A stretch of DNA of 64,000 nucleotides from a bacterium (lineage in GTDB: Bacteria > UBA8248 > JACPRG01 > G963555815): the NCBI GenBank assembly GCA_965218795.1, contig OZ244653.1, positions 1,600,001 through 1,664,000 on the forward strand, written 5' to 3'. This document shows positions 49,609-58,846 of this stretch, in pieces (the stretch's first letter is position 1; every line of letters begins with the position of its first letter). A program made the translations under genes and the position numbers. The notes beneath the pieces were generated by a model that saw nothing but the letters and a program-made list of their open reading frames with translations, was not told where the DNA came from and searched no databases.

Positions 49609-50501
49609 GCCCGGCGAAGCGGAGACGAGTCGTGGTATGGGTCAGAGAGCGATTCGGGCCTGAGCGAGTCTCCGAGCGTCGGGCCTGCCGCGTGCTGGGA
49701 CAGGCCAGATCGACCCAACGAAGAATCCCGCAGTTCCCCAAGGAAGAGGCGCAACTGGTGATCCGGATGGTGGAACTGGCCAGTCAGTACGGCCGATACG
49801 GCTACCGGAGGATCACGGCCATGCTTCGTTGGGAGGGGTGGAAGGTGAACCACAAGCGCGTGGAAAGGCTCTGGAGGCAGGAGGGGCTGAAGGTCCCGTC
49901 CAGACAGCCGAAACGCAGGAGACTGTGGCTCCATGACGGCTCTTGCGTGCGCCTGAGACCGACTCATCGGAACCATGTCTGGAGCTATGACTTCATGCAT
50001 GAGCGCACCCAAGAAGGGAGGGCTTTCCGGCTGCTGACCATTTTGGATGAGTACAGCCGAGAATGTATATCCATTGATGTCCAAAGGCAGATGAATCACC
50101 AGGATGTGCTGGAGCGGTTGGCAGAGTTGTTTGTGGGCCGGGGCGTCCCTGAATACCTCCGGTCAGATAACGGGTCGGAGTTCACAGCGAGGGTGGTCAG
50201 GCACTGGCTCAAGGCGGTTGGCGTGAGGACATTGTATATCGAGCCAGGGAGTCCCTGGGAGAACGGATATGTGGAGAGTTTCAACGGGAAGCTGAGGGAT
50301 GAGCTCCTGAACGTGGAGAGCTTCGAGACCCTGAAAGAGGCCCAGGTGCTGGTGGAGAGGTGGAGGCGGGAGTACAACCAGCGACGGCCTCACAGTGCCT
50401 TGGCCTACCGGCCACCCGCACCAGAGGCCAGATTCCCAAGAACCCAAGCCCTGGCGCCGGTTCCCCGGAGTGGACTGCAAAGGGTCCCGTGTCTAACGTA
50501 G
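49605..50501 (+). CDS. IS407-group transposase OrfB (DDE), joined to OrfA by a -1 frameshift
   Basis: YGYRRI, WSYDF, RSDNGSEF, PWENGYVESFNGKLRDE, YN..RPHSAL. Confidence 0.92.
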   Translation, partial: LSPAKRRRVVVWVRERFGPERVSERRACRVLGQARSTQRRIPQFPKEEAQLVIRMVELASQYGRYGYRRITAMLRWEGWKVNHKRVERLWRQEGLKVPSRQPKRRRLWLHDGSCVRLRPTHRNHVWSYDFMHERTQEGRAFRLLTILDEYSRECISIDVQRQMNHQDVLERLAELFVGRGVPEYLRSDNGSEFTARVVRHWLKAVGVRTLYIEPGSPWENGYVESFNGKLRDELLNVESFETLKEAQVLVERWRREYNQRRPHSALAYRPPAPEARFPRTQALAPVPRSGLQRVPCLT

Positions 50502-50532
50502 CACGTGGTCTCGTTATAGTGGGGGCAGGTCA

Positions 50533-52292
50533 ATCTTGCGGGTGAAGTAGTCGTCCACCACGTCTGTCTCGAACGATAGCCGGATCCGTTTTTTAAGGTG
50601 CACGGACCTGGCCAACACTTCGTCCTGCTCCTTTCCGGCGAAGCGAAAGAACGTCGGGTGCGGCTTACCTTGGAACGGCTTTTTGATCTCCTGAACGTGC
50701 TTCGGCTTAAAAGGGTTCTGGAGGCGAGCTCCTTGGCCGAAAATCTGCGCCAGATTGGGAGAGTTCTGAAAAACGCGCTTCAGCACATCTTCCAGCGGTT
50801 TGTCGTCGGTAAGCTGTTCTTCCACATCGAGCTGGGCGCGGGCGTTCCGCAACTCTCGCAAGCCTGGGTGATCGCGCAGGGTCTGCTCAAGCTTGCGCTC
50901 GAGCTCTATCGCGAAAACGTTATCTTCAACCAACCGATCGCGGCTAGGCATGAATATGTCATCCTGCTCGAGTGCCGAAAGCGATGAACAATCCAGAACG
51001 AGCAAGAGGTCCTTCGCCAGCCTTTGCAGGTTAACTTGCTTTCGCGCGAAGAAATTGGCTTTGATGTAGCCCTGTGTCTGTCCGTTGATCGTGAAAATCA
51101 CGCCCTCCGAACTTCGGTAGGTCTTTGACTTGCCAGGCTTAAAGGCATAAATCCGAGCGAACAGATCATGCCCCTGAACCGTTAGTGAAAGAGTTGCGGG
51201 CTTTACGTCCTCAAGGTTCTCGTTCCCATTCAGACGAGCGAAGAGACCGCTCATCGTCTCGGTTTGTTCCTGTCCGGTTTTATAGTGGTCCCGGCATTCG
51301 TGGAAGCGCATGGGGAGTGCTGGTTCCGGTAGCAACAGGTCAATCTTGGGGCGTAAGCCATCGCGACGGAGGATGTTGGAGTTCTTCTTCAGATTGTATT
51401 CGTAGAGCTTCACCAGCGTCCCGTGGTCGACCATGCGTAGATAGGCCTTGTCGCCCTGCGGAAACAGCGGCATTCTATTCGCTTTGAAGCGCAGCACACG
51501 TCCCTTCCGCTCTATCTCGTCGGTTTCCAAGGGCGCAAGATATGAAAGAAATGGGGACTTTACGTTCTGGCCTTCGCCTTCGCGCCGGACGATGGTGAAG
51601 CCCCAACAATCGTCCGATTCGTGGACTGGATAGCCTGGAGGCACGGCCTCGTTTCTGAGCAACTGCGGGTGCCGCCGCGAGACGATGAGCTGGAGCTTCT
51701 GTTCGCCGCAAAAACGAATGGCACCGGTGCTGCCTTGCCCAAACTTACCTTGGACAAAATTCACCCGAATCTTATTGTTCTTCCCGAGGCTTACCAACGT
51801 GTGGGTGAAAGCCTCTGGTGTCTGTCCTTCGCCGAGGTCAGCGATGTTGACGCAGGGCTTGACCCCCCTGGATCCTGTGACGAACACCGAGATATTCTCG
51901 GCGACCTGCGTCCGGAAACTCGGCGTCCAATCTTCGGCGCGGCCGCCAGTGCCCTTGAGGGTACCTGACCAAGTTTTTTCGATGAAGCGGTTGACGGCTT
52001 CGCGCATCGACATCGGCGCCTTTGGATCTTCAGAGGGAATTCCAGTGAGCATGCATTCAAGCATCAACCGCGAGTCGATTGTGTTAACTAGTTTTTCGTT
52101 GAGGGCAAAATCGGAGCGCGCCTGCTGGTTGCCTGCGCGATTCCAATTCAGTTCGTCATCGCCATAATAGCGCCAGTATCGGGTATCGTCCCAATAACCC
52201 TGGTCCCTCAGGAGCCGGATGACTTCTTCCTCTGTATCTGCACGCATGAGATCCAAACAGAGTTTCTTGGTGGCGTCGGCTCCTTGGTTCAT
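50533..52292 (-). pseudogene. GHKL (MORC/MutL-like) ATPase-domain protein, C-terminus cut by the IS
   Basis: ALNEKLVNTIDS (N box), IADLGEGQ (G1), QGKFGQGSTG (G2). The last residues DLPPL* come from the IS inverted repeat. Confidence 0.7.
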
Positions 52293-52304
52293 CGGCTTAC
52301 CGCC

Positions 52305-52574
52305 TTAAAGCTCGAATTCGATCGCGTCAGAGCGTTTCGAACTCTTCATCCGGGCTTTCAACGCCTCGGTCTCGTCATTGATTGCCTTCACGATCTTGGT
52401 TACGTCCGCATCCGTGTAGATATACGCGGATCTGTTGCCTAGCTTGCCGATGAGCCGGATCGTTCTGATCGCGTTCACCGTTCTCTTTTGGGCCAATTCG
52501 ACGAATTTCTCGCGCTTATTGGACGACGATTTGTCTACCTGTGGTCTTTCCATCTGAACAATCTCGCTGCTCAT
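52305..52574 (-). CDS. Small basic helical protein upstream of the GHKL ATPase
   Basis: GGAGA RBS; KREKFVELAQKR..NAI..IRLIG.LGNRS.Y.YT..DV.KI; 12 bp before the next gene. Confidence 0.75.
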   Translation of the reverse strand: MSSEIVQMERPQVDKSSSNKREKFVELAQKRTVNAIRTIRLIGKLGNRSAYIYTDADVTKIVKAINDETEALKARMKSSKRSDAIEFEL

Positions 52575-52732
52575 TGAGTTTCTCCTTCCAAAATTGTTGA
52601 TTTTCATATGTCTCTATTTAAAGTATATATTACCATTTAATTTTTTGTCCAATATATTCTTTAATTTACACGAAATAAAGTTGACCATTTTGCGTCTGGC
52701 GCCCACAATTTTCCTGTTCCTGACCTTGCCGT

Positions 52733-54445
52733 TCAGCCAATCCCCAACATCTCCCGGGCGTGCCGGCGCGTGGCCGCGGTAATTTCTTCCCCCCCCGACA
52801 TCCGGGCGATCTCCTCCACCCGCTCCTCGGGGCCCAGCGGCCGGATGGTCGTGCGGGTCCGCTTCCCGCCGGCCTCTTTGGAAATGAGAAAATGGGCCCG
52901 GGCAAGGGATGCAATCTGCGGCAGGTGGGTGATGCAGAAGACCTGGCGGCTCAGGGCGATCGCCTGGAGTTTCTTTCCGACCACCTCGGCAACGGCCCCG
53001 CCGATGCCCGCATCCACCTCGTCAAAGACCAGAGAGGGCACGCGGTCCCTGTCCGCTAGCACGGCCTTGACGGCCAGCATGACGCGGGAAAGCTCTCCAC
53101 CGGAAACGATTCGAGCCAGGGGACGGACGCCCTCGCCGACGTTGGGCTCGAACTGAAACTCCGCCCGGTCCACCCCGTCGTCGTACAACCGCAGCCGCCG
53201 GCCGTCACGCTCCACGGTCCCGCCGGGGTCTTCATCCGATTGAAGACCGACGAGAAACCCGACCTTCTCCATGCCCAGACCTTGCAACTCCTTCTCGACG
53301 GCCTGGCCGAGGCGCTTCGCCGCTTTCCGGCGCTCGCCCGAAAGCGCCAACGCCGCGGCGGTGACGCGGGGGCGGCAGGCCTCGATCTCCCGGGAGAGGG
53401 TCTCCAGCGTCTCGTCGCGGCGCGAGAGCCCTTCCAGCTCCGACTCCGCCCGGCCCTTGTACGCCAGAACCTCTTCGAGGGATCCGCCGTACTTCTTCTT
53501 GAGGGTTCGGATGGCGTCCAGGCGTTCTTCCACGGCGCGCTGCCTGCCGGGGTCGAACTCGACGCCGTCGGCGTATTGCCGCAGCCGCTGCGCGGCGTCT
53601 TCCACCTGCGCGGCGGCTGATTGAAGCTCCTCGGACAACTCCCGCACGGCCGTGTCGAGACCTGCCAGCCGCTCGACCCCCGCCGCGCTCTCCGCCAGGT
53701 CGTCCGCTACGGAACCCTCCGATTCGTACAGTCTTTCGTGGGCCTCCCGGGCCAGGTTGTGGCGTTCCTCCGCGGATGCGAGCAACGCCGATTCCTCTTC
53801 GAGCGACCGATCCTCGCCCGCCTGGAGATGGACGCTCTCAATCTCACGGATGTGAAAACGAAGAAGGTCGATGCGGTCCCGCTGGTCGGCCTCGCTCCTT
53901 GAAAGCTCGGCCCATTTCAACTCCAGCCGCCGATACTCCGCAATGACCTCGACCACCTCGGCGCGGCGCGAGCGAGTCCCTCCGAAATCGTCGAGGATGG
54001 CCAAATGGTTCTCGGGGTAGAGCAGACGCTGGTGCTGGTGCTGACCGTGAACATCGACCAGATATTCGCCGGCCGAATCCAGCATCGACAGGGTGACCGG
54101 GCTCCCGTTGATGAAGCAACGGTTTTTTCCTTCGGCCGATACGACCCGTCGAAACACGATCGTTCCGTCCTCATCCGGCTCCACGCCGAATTCCCGTACC
54201 CGCTCCAGCACCTCGGCCCCGGGGCCGCCCGCGGACCCCTGGAACAAGGCCTCGACGGTCGCTTCCTTCGCGCCGGCCCGGATCAGCTCGGATGACGCCC
54301 GGCCCCCCAGGATCAGCTGAAGCGCCCCGAAGATAATGGATTTGCCCGCACCGGTTTCCCCCGTCAAAACGGTCAAACCGGGACCGAATTCCACGGAAAG
54401 CTTCTCGATGAGCGCGAAGTTCTGGATCCGAAGCGCTGCCAGCAA
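52733..54445 (-). CDS. recN: DNA repair protein RecN
   Basis: LRIQNFALIE, LTGETGAGKS, VHGQHQHQ, SGGELSRVML, FDEVDAGIGG, ITHLPQIA. TTG start at 54445 chosen (alternative 54532). Confidence 0.97.
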   Translation of the reverse strand: MLAALRIQNFALIEKLSVEFGPGLTVLTGETGAGKSIIFGALQLILGGRASSELIRAGAKEATVEALFQGSAGGPGAEVLERVREFGVEPDEDGTIVFRRVVSAEGKNRCFINGSPVTLSMLDSAGEYLVDVHGQHQHQRLLYPENHLAILDDFGGTRSRRAEVVEVIAEYRRLELKWAELSRSEADQRDRIDLLRFHIREIESVHLQAGEDRSLEEESALLASAEERHNLAREAHERLYESEGSVADDLAESAAGVERLAGLDTAVRELSEELQSAAAQVEDAAQRLRQYADGVEFDPGRQRAVEERLDAIRTLKKKYGGSLEEVLAYKGRAESELEGLSRRDETLETLSREIEACRPRVTAAALALSGERRKAAKRLGQAVEKELQGLGMEKVGFLVGLQSDEDPGGTVERDGRRLRLYDDGVDRAEFQFEPNVGEGVRPLARIVSGGELSRVMLAVKAVLADRDRVPSLVFDEVDAGIGGAVAEVVGKKLQAIALSRQVFCITHLPQIASLARAHFLISKEAGGKRTRTTIRPLGPEERVEEIARMSGGEEITAATRRHAREMLGIG

Positions 54446-54494
54446 GGGTGCGTCTCCCCGGGATGCGGGTCCTCCACCCAAAGCATTGCGCCGG

Positions 54495-55448
54495 TCAGGT
54501 CGAGGGCGGCCGTCGACCGGATTCTCCGACACCGCGGGACTCCGCGGCGGAGGGTATGGCGCCCTCGTCCGCGGTCGGGTTGGGGGCCATTCCCAGCTGC
54601 CCCCCCCAGCCCAGCTTGTTGCGGAGGAGACTGAAATAATCGTTTTCAGGGAGTTTGATCAATCGAACGTCATGGGGGCTCTTCTGGACCTCCACCACGT
54701 CCTGCGGCTCAAGCGGACATCCCACCTGGCCGTCCATCGTGACGTGAACGTCCTGCCCGTGCGTCTTCAAGACAACGGTGACGCTGACGCTGTCAGGGAG
54801 AACCAGCGGGCGATTGGACAAGGTAAAGGGGCAAATGGGATTCAGGATGATCGCCGGGAGAGAGGGCATGAGGATGGGGCCCCCGGCTGAAATGGAATGG
54901 CCCGTGGAGCCGGTGGGGCTCGAAAGGATCAATCCATCGGCCCGATAGGTCGTGACGAACCGTCCGTCCACGTACGCCTCCAACTCGATAATCCGGGCCA
55001 GGGCGCCCTTGGCGATCACGATGTCATTCAGGGCCTCTTTCGAAAAGACCGGATCCCCTTCCCGGAGCACCCGGCCCCGGAGGAGCGGACGGACATCGAT
55101 ACCATGTTCACCGGCGAAGATCCGCTCCAATGCGGCGTACAGGTGATCCTGCGGCACCTCCGTCAAAAACCCCAGACTCCCGAGATTGACTCCCAGTATC
55201 GGCACGTCCAGCCCCACCGCGTCGCGGGCCATGGACAACATGGTGCCGTCCCCGCCCAGGACGACCAGGAGGTGCGCCTGTCCCGGAATCTCTTCCCGCG
55301 GATAAGGCGACGACCTGCCGATCAAGGCCGCCGAGTCTCGATCCAGGATGACATCGAGCCGGCGCTTTTCCAGCCATTCCACCAACCGGAGCAGAGCGGT
55401 TTCAGCCATCTCCTTTTTCGGTTTACAAACAATTCCGATTCTGGTCAT
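54495..55448 (-). CDS. nadK: NAD kinase
   Basis: LGGDGTML, NLGSLGFL, ALNDIVI, ADGLILSSPTGSTGHSISAGGP. Confidence 0.96.
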   Translation of the reverse strand: MTRIGIVCKPKKEMAETALLRLVEWLEKRRLDVILDRDSAALIGRSSPYPREEIPGQAHLLVVLGGDGTMLSMARDAVGLDVPILGVNLGSLGFLTEVPQDHLYAALERIFAGEHGIDVRPLLRGRVLREGDPVFSKEALNDIVIAKGALARIIELEAYVDGRFVTTYRADGLILSSPTGSTGHSISAGGPILMPSLPAIILNPICPFTLSNRPLVLPDSVSVTVVLKTHGQDVHVTMDGQVGCPLEPQDVVEVQKSPHDVRLIKLPENDYFSLLRNKLGWGGQLGMAPNPTADEGAIPSAAESRGVGESGRRPPST

Positions 55449-55457
55449 GATGCGCAG

Positions 55458-56210
55458 TCACCCGGGTCTGATAACGCCTTTGGAAAATACCGGTACGACC
55501 CGACTCCAATTCGTCCGGGCGCAGAATTCCAGGTCCGGACCCAGGCCCAAACTCATCAGGTGCCTGCCCCAGTCCGATTTCCGGAGCATCCCGGGAAGGT
55601 CCGATCGATAATGCCGGTAAAGATTCCAACACGCAGAAGCCGAATCGGTCAATTCTGACTGTCCGCTCTTCACCCGATCGACAATCAACCCCGCGCAAAC
55701 CGCATCTTCGAGACAGAAGCGTCCCGCTCTCCCGGAGCACAGAACGTGAAGGGACTCTTTCCTCCCGTGACCCTGCTGTTTCGCCGCCCGGCGCGCCACC
55801 GCATGCGCGTTCCCGAACGAAGCCAGCCAGATGTTCCGCGCCCCCAGGGCCGAGACCGCTTTGATCGTCCGCGTCCCGTTGACCGTTGTGTGAACCAGCT
55901 CCCTCCCCGCAACACGTTCGGGGATGAATTCGCGCGGCGAGTTCCCCAGATCGAATCCCCGGATCGGCTTCCCGTTTCGCTCGCCGCCCAGCAGACGGCC
56001 CTTCGAATGGGAGTCCCTGCGCAGGCGTCGGGCCTCGGCGATCCCGGTCGTCGGCACCATCGCCACGCATCCAGCCTCGAAGGCGGCCACGATGGTTGAT
56101 GTCGCCCGCAGGACGTCGATGACGATCCAAACGGCCCGGCGGGCCTCGGTTCTTCCGATTTCCCCAACCACGGCGGGAAGCTCAGCCCAGGAATAGAGCG
56201 CCCGGATCAT
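55458..56210 (-). CDS. comB: 2-phosphosulfolactate phosphatase family
   Basis: VIDVLRATSTI, GGER.G..I.GFDLGNSP.E, TTVNGT, EDAVCAG. Confidence 0.9.
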   Translation of the reverse strand: MIRALYSWAELPAVVGEIGRTEARRAVWIVIDVLRATSTIVAAFEAGCVAMVPTTGIAEARRLRRDSHSKGRLLGGERNGKPIRGFDLGNSPREFIPERVAGRELVHTTVNGTRTIKAVSALGARNIWLASFGNAHAVARRAAKQQGHGRKESLHVLCSGRAGRFCLEDAVCAGLIVDRVKSGQSELTDSASACWNLYRHYRSDLPGMLRKSDWGRHLMSLGLGPDLEFCARTNWSRVVPVFSKGVIRPG

Positions 56211-58846
56211 CGATCCTGTCCGTCTTCTTTGCGCACCTCATCCGGCGCATCATCCACACGGAGCAGTTTCCCCTTTCCCATCATTTCACGCTTCTCCGCC
56301 CAGGAAGCATATTCTTCCCTTGCCGCGATGAGAATCACCTGCGCGCCTTCGGCGAGTTCCTGCAGCCATGCCAACGCCCGCTCCCGCGCTTGATCGTCAT
56401 AATGGACGAACGGATCATCCAGAATCAAAGGAAGGGGCTCCCCGCCCCCAAGCCATTCGAGGCAGGCCGCGCGCATTGCGAGGAAGAGATGATCCGCCGT
56501 CGCACGGCTCAGGTTGGGAGGCTCGACACTCGGGTTGCCCGGCAGGGAGAGCGTGACCGCGGGCCATCGGGTGGTCAGATCCACGCCGTATTCCGGCCCG
56601 ACGACCCGACGAAACTGCTGCTCGACCCTTTCCTGAAGCCGGGGAAGGTAGGCATCCTCCAGTTCCCGGGCCGCCTCCTCCAGGGTTTCCGCCGCCACCC
56701 CATGTGCGCGGTGAAGCCGATCAAGATCCTTCAGGCGATCGTCAATCTCATTCAACCTTTCCTGTAACGTCTCTGGCGAGAGAAAACCCGCGCGCAGCTT
56801 TTCTTCCAGGACGGCGCCTGCCTGCATAAACTCTGTCCGCTGGTCCGGGACGGTCACCTTCAGGGCCTCCTCCTCTTTCCGCCACGCCTCCAGCTCTTCG
56901 GTGGAGGGATTGAAAAGCCCATACTCTCCTTCCTGGTGTTCCCGCTCCAAGTCCCGGCGCTTCCGATCCAGCTCATCGAGCCGGGATTCGGCAGCGTCCT
57001 CGCTCCCTTCGGCCAAGAGTTCCTTCTCGCGGGCCGACAGTTCATCGCGCGCTCTGAGGAGTTCTTGCGTCCGCCCGTGCCGCTCCGTCAATGCGTCTTC
57101 GTCCACCGATCCGAAATTGCGGAGGGTTTCGGCCAGGCCGTGTTGGAAGCCTTCCAGCTTTTCTCCGATCTCCTGAAGGTCGGATTCAGCGCGCTGAAGG
57201 AGACGCTCGGTGGATTCAAGCCCGGGCCGGAACTCCCGAAATTTTTTCAGACCCGATCGGGCCTCTTCCGCCGAAACGACGCCGACGGCTTGAAACAAGC
57301 GGGCCATCGCTTCCTCGGGGGAGGAATCACCCCCCTCCCTGCCCTCCCCCTCAAGGGGGGAGGAATCGCCGCCTCTCTCGGGTTCGACGCCGGGAGGGGG
57401 GGATTCCGGTTCCCGGACAGTCCGTCCCGCCCGGGATTTTCTCAGGATGCGTCGATTGAGCAAGACCAAAGCCCAGAGGAGGAGAGGAAATGCAAGCCCC
57501 AGGGAGACGAACATGATCAGGTGAAAACGTCCCGTCATCATGCGGTCCAAAAAGGGCGTCGCGAAGACAAGCGCGAAGAGGGAGAAGGCGAAACCGATCT
57601 TGCGCCACGATGGGGCGGAGCGACCTTTCCCATCATCGGTCAGGGCGCCTGCTCCGGCCGGGCGACCCGCGAAGGATTTTTCCAAAACGGCCTTTTCCCA
57701 AAGGGGCAGCTTCTCATCGATCCAGTCCGCGCGTTCTCCGAAAACCGCGAGTCCGGCCATTTGGTCCTGAAGGGTTTCGAGTTTCTCGCGCAGACCGGAT
57801 ACTTCCGAACCCAGTTCAGCGGATCGCTTGTCCGCCGCGTCCCGCTTTGCCCGGAGGGCGGGGAGCTCCAGAGTCACGACGCGTTTCAACCCATCCGTGT
57901 CGCCCATCTCATCGAGGCTTGCGGCAACCGAAGAGAGCCGTTCCCGAATCCCGCGAAGCCGGCGGAGACGCCGGCTCAACGTCTCGGCCTCCGCTTCTAC
58001 AGCGGCGCGGTCCGATTCCAAAGCCTCCTTTCGCTTCCATCTCTTCATCAGGCCCTGGAGTTCATCCAGCCGCCCTTCCCGCTCCGGAAGCTGCTCCTCC
58101 AGCAGGCGTCTCCGGTCCGACAAATCGAGAATCGACTGACGGGACGCCCGGGCGTCGGCCAATCGAGCTTCGACGCTTTCGCGTTCATCCAATAACCGAT
58201 CATACTCTCTCGGATTGGCGGGCCGATGCCCCTGCCTGCCCTCGGATTTCACGTCCCGCTGGGCCGATCGCAGACCGGAAACCATGGCGGAAACATCCCC
58301 TTGAGGCACGCCGGAAACCAGGCCCCTGAGGATCTCTCCAATACGTTCCAGGCAGGACGGCTCGGCAATCCGGCCGAGATCCCCTTGGCGCAGATAGGCC
58401 GAGGCGAGGAACAGGTCCGCGCGATCAATCCCGGTGACTTCCTTGAGAAGGGACATGATTTCCGATGACGCAGAGGACCGGAGGCTCCACCCTGTCCCCT
58501 CGCGCTTGTAGAGCGCGGCCCTTCCCGTGTTCAGGTCCCTCTCGAGCCGAAACGCCTCTCCCCCTGAACCCCATTCAACAGCCGTTGCGGCTTCGGGATT
58601 CGTCCTTGTTCCCGACTCACCCGCTCCATCGCTCAGGCCGGGCCAGGTCAGCAGATCGGATTTCGCCAAAGGGCTGCGGGTTCCCGACCGGTCCGGACCG
58701 TAGAGGGCGGCGGCCAAGGCGTCCGCCAGGCTGGTCTTTCCAGCCCGATTGGGGCCGACGAGCACGTTCAGACCGGGCGAGAACTCGAAGCGCCGGAACG
58801 TACGGTATACGCGGACGCCCGAAATTTCGAGGGCGATGATCTTCAT
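56207..58846 (-). CDS. Rad50/SbcC-like SMC ATPase with internal TM hairpin (YhaN-like)
   Basis: GPNRAGKTS Walker A, long coiled coils, two hydrophobic helices mid-protein, LSRATADH signature, PLILDDPFVHYD Walker B. Confidence 0.85.
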   Translation of the reverse strand: MKIIALEISGVRVYRTFRRFEFSPGLNVLVGPNRAGKTSLADALAAALYGPDRSGTRSPLAKSDLLTWPGLSDGAGESGTRTNPEAATAVEWGSGGEAFRLERDLNTGRAALYKREGTGWSLRSSASSEIMSLLKEVTGIDRADLFLASAYLRQGDLGRIAEPSCLERIGEILRGLVSGVPQGDVSAMVSGLRSAQRDVKSEGRQGHRPANPREYDRLLDERESVEARLADARASRQSILDLSDRRRLLEEQLPEREGRLDELQGLMKRWKRKEALESDRAAVEAEAETLSRRLRRLRGIRERLSSVAASLDEMGDTDGLKRVVTLELPALRAKRDAADKRSAELGSEVSGLREKLETLQDQMAGLAVFGERADWIDEKLPLWEKAVLEKSFAGRPAGAGALTDDGKGRSAPSWRKIGFAFSLFALVFATPFLDRMMTGRFHLIMFVSLGLAFPLLLWALVLLNRRILRKSRAGRTVREPESPPPGVEPERGGDSSPLEGEGREGGDSSPEEAMARLFQAVGVVSAEEARSGLKKFREFRPGLESTERLLQRAESDLQEIGEKLEGFQHGLAETLRNFGSVDEDALTERHGRTQELLRARDELSAREKELLAEGSEDAAESRLDELDRKRRDLEREHQEGEYGLFNPSTEELEAWRKEEEALKVTVPDQRTEFMQAGAVLEEKLRAGFLSPETLQERLNEIDDRLKDLDRLHRAHGVAAETLEEAARELEDAYLPRLQERVEQQFRRVVGPEYGVDLTTRWPAVTLSLPGNPSVEPPNLSRATADHLFLAMRAACLEWLGGGEPLPLILDDPFVHYDDQARERALAWLQELAEGAQVILIAAREEYASWAEKREMMGKGKLLRVDDAPDEVRKEDGQDR
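57317..57367. repeat. REP-like palindrome inserted in frame in the SMC gene
   Basis: CCCCCTCCCTGCCCTCCCCCTCAAGGGGGGAGG flanked by the 12-bp direct repeat GGGGGAGGAATC, 39 bp apart. Confidence 0.6.

Larger units (their letters stand above)
49261..50532 (+). mobile_element. IS3-family (IS407-group) insertion sequence (1272 bp)
   Basis: Ends TGACCTGCCCCC / GGGGGCAGGTCA; slippery GGGAAAC at 49596-49602; no target duplication. Confidence 0.92.
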
